Positions 16,698-25,082 of a stretch of DNA of 32,000 nucleotides are shown here, piece by piece; position 1 is the first letter of the stretch, and each line of letters starts with the position of its first letter. The translations under genes were made by a program, and so were the position numbers. Source of the DNA: Nitrososphaera viennensis EN76 (lineage in GTDB: Archaea; Thermoproteota; Nitrososphaeria; Nitrososphaerales; Nitrososphaeraceae); the NCBI RefSeq assembly GCF_000698785.1, contig NZ_CP007536.1, positions 270,001 to 302,000 on the forward strand. The letters are read 5' to 3'. The notes beneath the pieces are model-generated. The model ran no database searches and was not told the origin of the DNA. It saw only the letters and a list, made by a program, of their open reading frames with translations.

Positions 16698-16719
16698 TTT
16701 GTCGAGCAATTATCTGTTC

Positions 16720-16968
16720 TCAAACACCTGCGTGCTTTTTGAGTATGTTTTCAATGTCCTTTGGGTTTTTGGCGATCTCCCTTACCGCTTCCGGGTCCTC
16801 GACTTCGTAGCAGTGGAGAAGCCCTAGCTCATCCTTGTAAAATAGGTAGACCTTGTCTTCAAAGATACAGTGGTAGAGCCTCTCCTGCTCCATCCTATCT
16901 GTCTTGATCTTTATGCCATCCTCGTTAATGAGGACCGGATAATCATTATTGTCTGGCACGAGTGTCAA
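16720..16968 (-). CDS. Small acidic hypothetical protein (82 aa)
   Basis: This is an open frame with coding-like composition (MTLVPDNNDYPVLINEDGIKIK...) and no family I recognise. The start is TTG at 16968 or GTG at 16959. Confidence 0.4.
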   Translation of the reverse strand: MTLVPDNNDYPVLINEDGIKIKTDRMEQERLYHCIFEDKVYLFYKDELGLLHCYEVEDPEAVREIAKNPKDIENILKKHAGV

Positions 16969-16992
16969 TTGGGCTGAGCCGTATTTATTTAA

Positions 16993-18573
16993 TTATACCA
17001 CGTTTACCGTGACTGCCTTGAGCACGGACACTTCGTCGTTTTCCGCGCCAAGCATCAGCGTATACTGCCCTGCTGCAATGTTGCCGGGCGTGAACACGAA
17101 CGACACTTGTTTTGAGTCGCCTGCTGGGATGGAAACATCCTGCTCGCTGAAAATGCCAGTCGAGTTGCCAAGATCGCCGTTGTACGTGAACGTGCCAGAG
17201 GCAACCATTCTGCCGCTAAAGGCGCCCTGGGCGTTGATGTCGACTTTGATTTCCATGCTGTCGCCCCTTCTTACGTTCACGTCATCCGGTGCAGATACCG
17301 TGAACGGGGCCTGTGCGTCTGTGTTGACCCTGCCTATCTTGTTCTCGCTCCATTCTGTGAACCACACTTGGCCCTGCGGGCCTACGGACATCTGGAGCGC
17401 GTTTGCAAGCCCGCATGTGTTGGCATTGTCGGGGCAGTTGGCCCACAACTCGTTTTGGCTTGGGACCCAGTACTCTGTGAGCGTCCTTGTGTCCCTGTCA
17501 AACACGCTGATCTTGTTGCCTTCGTGCTGGTTGAACCATATCCTGCCGTCAGGCGCAGTCGCTATCCAGTATGGAAGTGTGTATGCGCTTGCAGGCGTCG
17601 TGGTGCCGCCGTATATCCTTGGCGACGCAACAGAGGTGGTGTATTCCGTCACCTTGCCATCGCTTGGGTTTAGCGTAAAGAATATGCTCGTGCCATGGTC
17701 CGTGCCCCACAGGTTGCCGTCCCTGTCGACTGTCAGGCCTACTGGCGATGTGAGCTCTTGCGGCAGGTCGTACACGGATGTCTGGTTCCTTTCAACATCA
17801 TATCTATAGATAGCACCTTTTTGCTGGAACGCAAGGACCGATGTCCACACGACGTTGCGCTCCCTGTCAACCGTCACGGAGCCGGAGCTGACGCGGAAAT
17901 TGTCAATGCCTGCAAAGCCGTCAAGCGGGAGCCTGATCTCTGTAAAGCCTTCTGCCGTGCCGGGCTTCATCTGGGAAAGGTCGCCAAAAAAGAGTGACTT
18001 TGACCTTACGCCCACGAGATAGATGTTGCCGTCAGAGTCAAAGTCAAACGAAATCGGGTCCGTCGCCGGCGTCCTGAACATGTCAAATGTGCTCGCAGCA
18101 GTGTTAAAGCGCCACAAAAGCTCGTTGTTGTCTGTGAACCATACGTTGCCCTGCGAGTCGGTCTTGGTCGCCCACGACATGTTAAAGTCGGTCGGCTTGT
18201 CACGCGCAGGCCACTGGGGTATCTGGTACTGTGCAAATTTGTTGTCAGCAATGCTGTAGCTGCCGAGTATGCCCTGCTTTGTAGAGACGTACCACACGCG
18301 GCCGTCGCCGTCGACAGAGACTGAAAGCGGCATCTGGCACTCGGACGGCAGGACTGCTTCAGCTATGTACGTATTGGAATTGGCCTTGGAGTCAGGGCCG
18401 CAGAATTGCGCCTTGAATCTTGCTATCGAGTCTTGCTGCGACGGTTGAGGCCCGGGCGCGGGCTCTGTCCCGCCTGCAAGAAAGGTTGCTGAAACGCCTG
18501 CAACAGCCACTATGCCGATGATGGCGTAGATTATGATCTTCCTATTTGAAGAAGAAGATCTGCCGCCTGACAA
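16993..18573 (-). CDS. Membrane-anchored or secreted beta-propeller repeat protein (Vgb-lyase/NHL-like blades) with a C-terminal Ig-like domain
   Basis: The N-terminal hydrophobic anchor is IIIYAIIGIVAVAGVSATFLAGG. Blade motifs recur: DGRVWYVSTKQG, QGNVWFTDNNE, DGNIYLVG, RNVVWTS, DGNLWGTDHG, DGRIWFNQHEGNKISVFD and QGQVWFTEWSENKIGRV. The beta-rich C-terminal domain of about 100 aa ends in VTVNVV. Confidence 0.65.
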   Translation of the reverse strand: MSGGRSSSSNRKIIIYAIIGIVAVAGVSATFLAGGTEPAPGPQPSQQDSIARFKAQFCGPDSKANSNTYIAEAVLPSECQMPLSVSVDGDGRVWYVSTKQGILGSYSIADNKFAQYQIPQWPARDKPTDFNMSWATKTDSQGNVWFTDNNELLWRFNTAASTFDMFRTPATDPISFDFDSDGNIYLVGVRSKSLFFGDLSQMKPGTAEGFTEIRLPLDGFAGIDNFRVSSGSVTVDRERNVVWTSVLAFQQKGAIYRYDVERNQTSVYDLPQELTSPVGLTVDRDGNLWGTDHGTSIFFTLNPSDGKVTEYTTSVASPRIYGGTTTPASAYTLPYWIATAPDGRIWFNQHEGNKISVFDRDTRTLTEYWVPSQNELWANCPDNANTCGLANALQMSVGPQGQVWFTEWSENKIGRVNTDAQAPFTVSAPDDVNVRRGDSMEIKVDINAQGAFSGRMVASGTFTYNGDLGNSTGIFSEQDVSIPAGDSKQVSFVFTPGNIAAGQYTLMLGAENDEVSVLKAVTVNVV

Positions 18574-18596
18574 CGCGGAAAAAACATGCTTGTCCC

Positions 18597-18604
18597 AATA
18601 TATC
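18597..18604. promoter_or_regulatory. Shared AATATATC TATA-like element between divergent genes
   Basis: It lies about 27 nt from the TTG at 18573 (minus strand) and about 35 nt from the ATG at 18638 (plus strand). Confidence 0.35.
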
Positions 18605-18637
18605 TCTTGTCTGTTTGCATGCAGGCAGGGCTAAAAT

Positions 18638-19579
18638 ATGAGGTATGCGTATTGTGCATTCTTGACCGCGCCCGAACAGGCCGCCCCGGCAGGGGCGCAG
18701 AGGGAGCAGAAAGGGTACCTTGGCTACCTGTCAGTGCTGATAGCCTCGGCGCTCTTTGGCTCTGTGTTTGCGATCGCCAAGGTGCCGCTTGCAAACATCG
18801 ACCCGCTTGCGCTTTCAGCGGTTATCTATATGATCGCGGGGCTGACGCTTGTGCCGTTTGCCAAGGCATCATTCCGCCTGCAAAGGCGGGAGGCGCGCTA
18901 CATGGTGGCGATCACAGCCTTTGGGGCGGTGGCCGCGCCCGTGCTTCTCCTGCACGGCCTGCAGCTGACCGAGGCGTCTGACGCCTCGATCCTGGCAAAC
19001 GGCGAGGTGCTGTTCACTGTAATCCTGTCGTCGCTGTTCTTTGGGGAAAGGCCGCACGGCAGGCTTGGAATCGTCGCAGTATCGCTTGTCATTGTGGGGC
19101 TGTTCATGGCGACAACTGACATGAAGTTCTCCGGCACGATGATCGCGTTCAACGCGGGCAACCTGATGATCCTTGCATCCATGTTCTTCTGGGCTATCGA
19201 CAACAATTTCAGCAGAAAGCTGACGACGTTTTCTGACATCAGCCCAGCCAAGATGGCCATGATAAAGTCACTTGCAGGTGGCCTTGTGCTCCTTGGCGTG
19301 ACTGCCGTTGCGGGCAAGTGGGGCGCGTTCGGAGGCATCAGCGCGCAGCTGTGGCTCATCATAATAGCGCTGTCGGCATCGGGCTTTGGCGCCGCCCTCT
19401 TGTTCTTCCTTGCAGGAATAAAGAGGATCGGCACGATAAAGACAATGACCGTGTTTTCGACGACTCCAATATTTGGAATCGTGATAGCGGCAGCCGCGCT
19501 TGGCGAGTCGATAAGCATCTTTCAGGCCATTGCAACGGGTCTGATAATCACCGGAATCTTGATAGTCAGCAGGCGCTAG
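18638..19579 (+). CDS. EamA/DMT-superfamily transporter (10-TM drug/metabolite exporter type)
   Basis: It has two EamA-like halves with multiple hydrophobic helices (SVLIASALFGSVFAIAK ... FWAIDNNFSRKL ... FFLAGIKRIGTIKT). The N-terminal 25 aa are non-hydrophobic, so the start is uncertain. Confidence 0.7.
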   Translation: MRYAYCAFLTAPEQAAPAGAQREQKGYLGYLSVLIASALFGSVFAIAKVPLANIDPLALSAVIYMIAGLTLVPFAKASFRLQRREARYMVAITAFGAVAAPVLLLHGLQLTEASDASILANGEVLFTVILSSLFFGERPHGRLGIVAVSLVIVGLFMATTDMKFSGTMIAFNAGNLMILASMFFWAIDNNFSRKLTTFSDISPAKMAMIKSLAGGLVLLGVTAVAGKWGAFGGISAQLWLIIIALSASGFGAALLFFLAGIKRIGTIKTMTVFSTTPIFGIVIAAAALGESISIFQAIATGLIITGILIVSRR

Positions 19580-19938
19580 AGCAACTTTAGTCGCTCGGTG
19601 ACCTTGTCAACCAAATCCGCCGGCGCTGGGCCAATCCCTACGCACGTTGCCGTGCCTGGCGGTATCTGAGTGAGGCCGCTGTCCTGCACGAGTACGACTG
19701 GCAGTTTCAGGCTCTCTGCGTGGTTCTTGACGTCTATGAGCTCCTCAAAGCTCTGCACCTTTACAACCACCTTGGCCTGCCCTCCCTCGAACCAGGAGTG
19801 GAACCAGTCCGGCTTTTTCTGTTTGGTGCGTTCGGCGGCCATCACCGCGGCATGCGCCACCTGCGCGGCTATCTTGCCCGTGCCCATGCCTAGGTCCCTC
19901 CTTATCACCATCACCTGCTTGAAATCCAAGGCTCCCAT
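19576..19938 (-). CDS. pth2: Peptidyl-tRNA hydrolase, archaeal/eukaryotic Pth2 type
   Basis: MVIRRDLGMGTGKIAAQVAHAAV ... VQDSGLTQIPPGTATCVGIGPAP is the Pth2 signature. An alternative start at the ATG at 19911 (MVIRRDL) would sit better relative to the TTTAATTA box. Confidence 0.85.
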   Translation of the reverse strand: MGALDFKQVMVIRRDLGMGTGKIAAQVAHAAVMAAERTKQKKPDWFHSWFEGGQAKVVVKVQSFEELIDVKNHAESLKLPVVLVQDSGLTQIPPGTATCVGIGPAPADLVDKVTERLKLL

Positions 19939-19940
19939 AG

Positions 19941-19948
19941 TTTAATTA
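19941..19948. promoter_or_regulatory. TTTAATTA TATA-like element in the 37-bp divergent spacer
   Basis: It lies about 31 nt upstream of the TTG at 19976 (GGR). Its reverse complement TAATTAAA lies about 30-37 nt upstream of the alternative pth2 ATG at 19911. Confidence 0.35.
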
Positions 19949-19975
19949 GCAGAGCGAGAAATACCTTGCTGGCCG

Positions 19976-21142
19976 TTGTCTCATTTTGACGTAATCGTAG
20001 CCGGCGGGAGCATTTCTGGACTGGTGGCGGCAAGGGAGGCGGCAAGAGCCGGCATCACCGTTGCAGTCCTTGAGGAAGACGCCGAGATAGGCACGCCGGA
20101 GCACTGCGGCGGGCTTGTAAGCATGGAGGGCATGAAGAACCTCGGAATTGTGCCTGACGCAAGCGCAGTTGAAAACAGCAGGATAAAGCGCGCTAGGATA
20201 CTTTCACCTTCAAACGGCTTTGAGCTGTCTGCCGAGAAGCAAAAGGTGGTGGTGCTTGACAGGCGCGCCCTTGACAAGCAGGTGGCGCTCCAGGCGCAGA
20301 GGGCCGGCGCGGACATCAGGGTGAAATGCTCGGTGCGCTCTTTTTCGCAGGAAGGCAAGCGATTTGTGGTAAAAACGTCAGAGGGCGACTTGACGTCAGA
20401 CTATTTCATCGACGCAAGGGGCGTCGCCTCGATAATAGGCAGAAACCGCGACGGCGTACTCTCGTCGGCGCAGTACGAGGTGTTTGCGCCCTGGATAGAG
20501 CGCGACGCAATCGAAGTCGCGTTTGACAGCGAGAAATACCCCGGCTTTTTTGCGTGGATGATACCTACAGGCGACGGCAGGGGCAAGGTGGGAGTCGCCG
20601 GCAAGGGCATAAACGCTGCAAATACGCTAAAATCGTACATGGATAAAAAGGGTCCGCACTCTATCGTGCGCAAGGTGTACGCGCCGATATGGGTCATGGG
20701 CCCGATTGACAACTTTGTATCCGGCCGCACGGTTGTCGTGGGAGACGCGGCAGGCCAGACCAAGCCCACCACCGCCGGCGGGATATATACCTGCGGCATG
20801 GGCGGGCTCTTGGCAGGCCGGGCCATTGCAAAAGCAATTGCTGAAAAAGGAGACGACGACGATGATGGCCTGCTGGGCAAGTACCAAAAGGACTGGTCTT
20901 CAATGTTTGGCGAGGAATTTTCCAAGATGCTCACTGCCCGACGCCTGCTGGAGAGGCTTGACAACAAGGCCCTTGACGAGCTGTTTTCTGCAATACCACA
21001 GGACAAGCTGGAAGAGGTGTCGTCGACGGGCGACTTTGACTTTCACGCGACGGCGCTTGCCAAGATACTGGACGTAAAAAGCGCAAGCAGGATGGCAAAA
21101 GCGCTACTTGGCAACGAAATCCGCCGGCTGGTCGACGGCTAG
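19976..21142 (+). CDS. FAD-dependent geranylgeranyl reductase family protein (likely digeranylgeranylglycerophospholipid reductase)
   Basis: The dinucleotide-binding N-terminus is FDVIVAGGSISGLVAAREAARAGITVAVLEE. GDAAGQTKPTTAGGI is the GGR family motif. Length is 388 aa and the start is TTG. Confidence 0.8.
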   Translation: MSHFDVIVAGGSISGLVAAREAARAGITVAVLEEDAEIGTPEHCGGLVSMEGMKNLGIVPDASAVENSRIKRARILSPSNGFELSAEKQKVVVLDRRALDKQVALQAQRAGADIRVKCSVRSFSQEGKRFVVKTSEGDLTSDYFIDARGVASIIGRNRDGVLSSAQYEVFAPWIERDAIEVAFDSEKYPGFFAWMIPTGDGRGKVGVAGKGINAANTLKSYMDKKGPHSIVRKVYAPIWVMGPIDNFVSGRTVVVGDAAGQTKPTTAGGIYTCGMGGLLAGRAIAKAIAEKGDDDDDGLLGKYQKDWSSMFGEEFSKMLTARRLLERLDNKALDELFSAIPQDKLEEVSSTGDFDFHATALAKILDVKSASRMAKALLGNEIRRLVDG

Positions 21143-21146
21143 ATAG

Positions 21147-21154
21147 ATATAAAT
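21147..21154 (+). promoter_or_regulatory. TATA box ATATAAAT upstream of the zinc-ribbon/aEF-1beta pair
   Basis: It lies 24-31 nt upstream of the ATG at 21178, immediately after the GGR stop codon. Confidence 0.45.
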
Positions 21155-21177
21155 TCGGATTCGCTCTCTTGACCGTC

Positions 21178-21357
21178 ATGTCAAAGCAACTGTCGTTGCC
21201 GGTCTGCACTTCATGCAGCAGGCCAATAATGCCTAACGATGAATGCGTAAAATTCTACTGCCCGAACTGCGGTTATGTCCTTATATGGCGAGACGAGTCC
21301 TGCCGCGAGTTTGCAAGGCCCTACAAGTGTGTAGGCTGCGGTTTTGAGGGCCCATAG
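21178..21357 (+). CDS. Small zinc-ribbon protein of the type commonly found upstream of archaeal aEF-1beta
   Basis: MSKQLSLPVCTSCSRPIMPNDECVKFYCPNCGYVLIWRDESCREFARPYKCVGCGFEGP contains CxxC, CxxC and CxxC knuckles. The stop lies 2 nt before the aEF-1beta ATG. The track start at 21169 is a TTG three codons upstream. Confidence 0.6.
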   Translation: MSKQLSLPVCTSCSRPIMPNDECVKFYCPNCGYVLIWRDESCREFARPYKCVGCGFEGP

Positions 21358-21359
21358 AC

Positions 21360-21641
21360 ATGGCGCGCCTAGTGGCAAGGATAAAGGTTCTTCCAGCTGA
21401 TGCTGACATTAACATAGACAGCATCGTGGAGGGGCTCAAGGGCAGCATCCCGCAGGGGATGGAGCTCAAGGGCCATGCCAAGGAACCGATAGCATTTGGC
21501 CTGAACGCAGTCGTCGGCGACTTTATGCTGGATGACGCGGAGGGGCAGATGGACAAGCTTGAAGATGCCATCCGCGGCGTGCAGGGAGTCGGCGAGATCG
21601 AAGTGATGAACATCAGCCGCGCATCGGTCAAGATGAAGTAA
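21360..21641 (+). CDS. ef1b: Translation elongation factor aEF-1 beta
   Basis: VARIKVLPADADINIDSIVEGLK...EPIAFGLNAVVGDFMLDDAEG...GVGEIEVMNISR. Size (93 aa) and motifs are typical of aEF-1beta. Confidence 0.85.
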   Translation: MARLVARIKVLPADADINIDSIVEGLKGSIPQGMELKGHAKEPIAFGLNAVVGDFMLDDAEGQMDKLEDAIRGVQGVGEIEVMNISRASVKMK

Positions 21642-21684
21642 AACTAATGATGTTGTTCTCAAAAACGCCGGAGGCTCGTACAAG

Positions 21685-23880
21685 TTGAAGAAGGCCAAGG
21701 CAGGTAGCGATGAATCTCCACAGGTACAGCTGCGAGTGGCCGAGGCCAAGCACCGCGACGTGGGCAAGTGCAGGGCTCGGCTGGATCCGCACTACATGGA
21801 GCAGATTGGCGTCCAGCCCGGAGAGGTCATAGAGATTATCGGCAAGCGCGCGACCGCCGTCACCGCGTGGCCTGCAGACGACGAGGAGCAGGAAACTGAC
21901 ATCATCCGCATCGATGGGCAGACGAGGAAAAACGCAAGCGTCGGCCTGAACGACCTCTTGAACGTGAGAAAGGCGGAGAGCAAGGCGGCAAAGAGCATAA
22001 CGCTGATGCCGATAGGCGACAGCAACATTACGGTAGACAAGGAATTCTGCGAGTTTGTAAAGGGCCGGCTCAAGGGCTTTCCTGTGAGCGAAGGCGACGA
22101 GATTTCAGTCGTCATCCTCGGCAACTCTATGGACTTTAAGGTCCAGAAGGTGTCTCCAAAGGCAATCGTCCGTGTCGAGCGCCCGACAAAGCTTGTGATA
22201 ATGGCCGAGACTGCGCAGGACCGCAAGCCCCGCGTCACCTACGAGGAAATCGGCGGCATGAAGGAGCAGATAAAGCGCCTGCGTGAGATTGTTGAACTGC
22301 CGATGCGCCACCCTGAGGTCTTTGCCCGGCTCGGCATAGAACCGCACAGCGGCATCCTCATGTACGGGCCACCCGGCACCGGCAAGACACTCATCGCCAA
22401 GGCGCTTGCGTCAGAGTCGGAAGCCAACTTTTTCATAATAAACGGCCCGGAGATCATGAACAAGTACTATGGCGAGACAGAGGCGCGCCTGCGTGACATC
22501 TTCAAAGAGGCCAAGGAATCATCGCCTTCAATCATATTCATCGACGAGATCGACGCAATCGCGCCAAAGAGGGAGGAGGCGTTTGGCGACGTGGAAAAGC
22601 GCGTCGTCGCGCAGCTGCTTGCACTCATGGATGGCATGCAAGAGCGCGGCCAGGTCATAGTCCTTGGCGCCACGAACCGCCCGGAGAGCCTCGACCCTGC
22701 GCTGAGGCGCCCCGGACGATTCGACAGGGAGATAGAGATCGGCGTGCCAAACGCCGAAGGGCGCCTTGAAATACTGCAGATACACACCCGGGGAATGCCT
22801 CTTGACGACGACATCGACCTGCAAGAGCTTGCGTCGGAACTTCACGGCTATACGGGCGCCGACATCAAGGCGCTCTGCAGAGAAGCCGCCATGAAGGCTC
22901 TCAGGCGCTACCTTCCAGAAATAGACCTTGAGGGCGACAAGATATCGCCGGAGGTGTTGGAGCAGATGGTGATAACGACAAAGGACTTTCGCGACGGCAT
23001 CAAGGAGATCGTGCCGACTGCCATGAGGGAGTTTTACGTCGAGGTGGCAAGGGTCAAGTGGACAGAGGTGGGCGGCCTGTACGACGCCAAAAGGGTGCTG
23101 CATGACAACCTCATCACCTCGATAAAAGAGCCGGAGAGCTTTTCCAAGATGGGGATCAAGCCTCCAAAGGGCGCGCTGCTCTACGGCCCGTCGGGCACCG
23201 GCAAGACACTCATCGCCAAGGCGCTTGCGACAGAGAGCAACGCCAACATCATAATCGTCAGGGGGCCGGAAGTCCTTTCAAAGTGGGTGGGCGAGTCGGA
23301 AAAGGCAATACGCGAGATATTTAGAAAAGCCAAGACATCTTCGCCCTGCATCGTGGTGTTTGACGAGCTGGACTCGCTTGCAAGACCGCGCGGCCAGAGC
23401 GAGGACGGCGCCGGAAATGAGCGCGTGGTCAGCCAGATACTGACAGAGATGGACGACGCCGGCAACTCGGGCGTTATCATAGTCGGAATCACCAACAGGC
23501 CCGACCTCATCGACCCGTCGCTCCTTCGGCCCGGTAGATTGGATCTCATCGTCTACATCGGCCAGCCGGACGAAAAGGCCAGATTTGAGATACTAAAGAT
23601 AATAACGCAGCCAATGCCTCTTGAAAATGACGTCGACCTGGCAAGCATCGCACAGACGACCCGGAATTTCAGCGGGGCGGACCTCTTTGCTCTATGCCGC
23701 GAGGCGGCGGTAAGTGCCATGCAGAGAAAATCGCCCACCATATCAAACGCTGACTTTGCGCAGGCCCTCAGGGCGGCAAGGCCGTCCATAACCAAGGAAG
23801 TCGAGGAATGGTACGAGTCGATGAAAAAGAGCCTCACCTATGCCATGCCCAAGCCGATCGACAAGAGCTTTTACGGGTGA
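21685..23880 (+). CDS. cdc48: Cdc48/VCP/p97-type AAA+ ATPase (N domain plus D1 and D2)
   Basis: It has the double-psi-barrel N domain (LRVAEAKHRDVGKCRARLD...GVQPGEVIEIIG). There are two Walker A sites (GPPGTGKT, GPSGTGKT) and two Walker B sites (IIFIDEID, IVVFDELD). It has second regions of homology and a C-terminal HbYX-like FYG. The start is TTG. Confidence 0.92.
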   Translation: MKKAKAGSDESPQVQLRVAEAKHRDVGKCRARLDPHYMEQIGVQPGEVIEIIGKRATAVTAWPADDEEQETDIIRIDGQTRKNASVGLNDLLNVRKAESKAAKSITLMPIGDSNITVDKEFCEFVKGRLKGFPVSEGDEISVVILGNSMDFKVQKVSPKAIVRVERPTKLVIMAETAQDRKPRVTYEEIGGMKEQIKRLREIVELPMRHPEVFARLGIEPHSGILMYGPPGTGKTLIAKALASESEANFFIINGPEIMNKYYGETEARLRDIFKEAKESSPSIIFIDEIDAIAPKREEAFGDVEKRVVAQLLALMDGMQERGQVIVLGATNRPESLDPALRRPGRFDREIEIGVPNAEGRLEILQIHTRGMPLDDDIDLQELASELHGYTGADIKALCREAAMKALRRYLPEIDLEGDKISPEVLEQMVITTKDFRDGIKEIVPTAMREFYVEVARVKWTEVGGLYDAKRVLHDNLITSIKEPESFSKMGIKPPKGALLYGPSGTGKTLIAKALATESNANIIIVRGPEVLSKWVGESEKAIREIFRKAKTSSPCIVVFDELDSLARPRGQSEDGAGNERVVSQILTEMDDAGNSGVIIVGITNRPDLIDPSLLRPGRLDLIVYIGQPDEKARFEILKIITQPMPLENDVDLASIAQTTRNFSGADLFALCREAAVSAMQRKSPTISNADFAQALRAARPSITKEVEEWYESMKKSLTYAMPKPIDKSFYG
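22375..22410. repeat. 36-nt perfect intragenic repeat, D1 copy (Walker A region)
   Basis: GGCACCGGCAAGACACTCATCGCCAAGGCGCTTGCG is identical to 23194-23229, including all synonymous positions. Confidence 0.8.
23194..23229. repeat. 36-nt perfect intragenic repeat, D2 copy
   Basis: It is identical to 22375-22410. Confidence 0.8.
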
Positions 23881-23890
23881 TTATGCTATT

Positions 23891-24118
23891 ATGAAGTATC
23901 CATTACGAAACCTCGTCTATGAAAAGGTCAGGCAGGCTGGCAACATGACGGATGCCGACCTGATGAACGCGCTGTCAAAGGAAGGCGTCACGATGGCTGA
24001 CGCCGAGTTCAACAAGATCCTGCTGGATCTTGAGATCTATGGCCTCATCAGGGTCGCTTGGGTCACGAAGGAAAAGCGCAGGATAGAACTCGTTGCCGAC
24101 TCGGGAACTACCAGCTAG
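23891..24118 (+). CDS. Small (75 aa) hypothetical protein, possibly winged-helix-like, 10 nt downstream of cdc48
   Basis: The ATG-started part of track ORF 23840-24118 reads MKYPLRNLVYEKVRQAGNMTDADLMNALSKEGV...ILLDLEIYGLIRVAWV, which has a helix-turn-helix-wing appearance. I recognise no family. Confidence 0.4.
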   Translation: MKYPLRNLVYEKVRQAGNMTDADLMNALSKEGVTMADAEFNKILLDLEIYGLIRVAWVTKEKRRIELVADSGTTS

Positions 24119-24124
24119 CAGCTG

Positions 24125-25060
24125 CTAGATGGGTATCTTGTAGTAAAAGAGTGCGTCAACCGCAAGCGCCACGAATATCACGACCAGGTACGGCGCGGTT
24201 ACCTTGTATGCTTTCCACGCAAACTCTGGTGTGGGGTTCTTGGTCAGCTTGTAGTGGTAGAGTAGCATGAGCGAACCGGACACTGCCGCGACTATGGCAT
24301 AGAGGAGTCCCGGGCCGGGGTTCAAAAAGTAAAGGCCCACTGAAAACGGGAGCAGTATGGCAGTGTTGGCAAGGATGTAGCTTGCAGTTTTCTGGTTGCC
24401 GATGAGGACGGGAAGCATCGGGACGCGGACGCTTGCATACTCTTCGCGCGCCCGTATCGCAAGGCACCAGAAATGGGGTGGAGTCCACATGAACACCAGC
24501 CACCCGACGAGAAAGCCAAGCAGGTCCATCGAGCCCGTAACAGTGGCCCAGCCTGCCATTGAAGCCGCGCTTCCCGCAAAGCCGCCTATCACGATGTTCC
24601 AGGCGTTGCTGCGCTTCAGCCACGCCGTGTATATTATGACGTAAAAGAATATTCCAAGTGCTATCATGCCCGTCGCCATCGGGTTGAGGGTGAACCACGC
24701 AATGACTACCGACAGCGCGCTCACGCCAAGGCCGTACGCAAGGACGCTCTTTGCCGACAGCCTGCCTGCAGGAATCGGCCTTCTGGCCGTCCTTTCCATC
24801 ACCTTGTCGATGTCGCGGTCGTAATAGTGGTTCAGAGCGCTTGCGCCCATCGAGGCAAGTGCGCCTGCAAGTGTGAGAAAGCCGAGCTTGAACCAGTCGA
24901 CATCCCATGCTATGTCTGGCGTAGCGTCAAAGCGAGTAGCGGCAAGGTACGAAGTGACTGCCGTTATCACCAAGACGACTACTATTCTTGGTTTTGAAAC
25001 TTCGACAAAGTCGCGTGCAGTCACGCTATGAGCCTCAAAGTCTGTAGCGCTGGCTTGCAT
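24125..25060 (-). CDS. ctaB: Protoheme IX farnesyltransferase (heme O synthase), UbiA superfamily
   Basis: The Asp-rich prenyltransferase motifs are ALNHYYDRDIDKVMERTARRPIPAG and a second motif region. About 9 TM helices and 311 aa. Confidence 0.85.
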   Translation of the reverse strand: MQASATDFEAHSVTARDFVEVSKPRIVVVLVITAVTSYLAATRFDATPDIAWDVDWFKLGFLTLAGALASMGASALNHYYDRDIDKVMERTARRPIPAGRLSAKSVLAYGLGVSALSVVIAWFTLNPMATGMIALGIFFYVIIYTAWLKRSNAWNIVIGGFAGSAASMAGWATVTGSMDLLGFLVGWLVFMWTPPHFWCLAIRAREEYASVRVPMLPVLIGNQKTASYILANTAILLPFSVGLYFLNPGPGLLYAIVAAVSGSLMLLYHYKLTKNPTPEFAWKAYKVTAPYLVVIFVALAVDALFYYKIPI

Positions 25061-25082
25061 TTAATTGATTCGGATATGTCAG

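Noticed and set aside
16949-17809. A 286-aa + strand ORF opposite the beta-propeller gene
   Set aside because: It is a Ser/Thr/Pro/Leu-rich shadow frame. The minus frame shows repeated propeller blade motifs and a signal anchor.
19576-19579. Convergent EamA and pth2 genes sharing a CTAG that supplies both stop codons; similarly, ribK and ribL overlap by 13 nt
   Set aside because: The overlap is real but is a trivial consequence of genome compaction. There is no evidence of regulatory significance beyond the 3' antisense overlap already noted.
24156-24908. A 250-aa ORF on the same strand as ctaB but in another frame
   Set aside because: It is extremely Arg/Pro/Gly-rich and has no hydrophobic helices, whereas the ctaB frame has UbiA motifs and TM segments. 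It is an overlapping-frame artefact.
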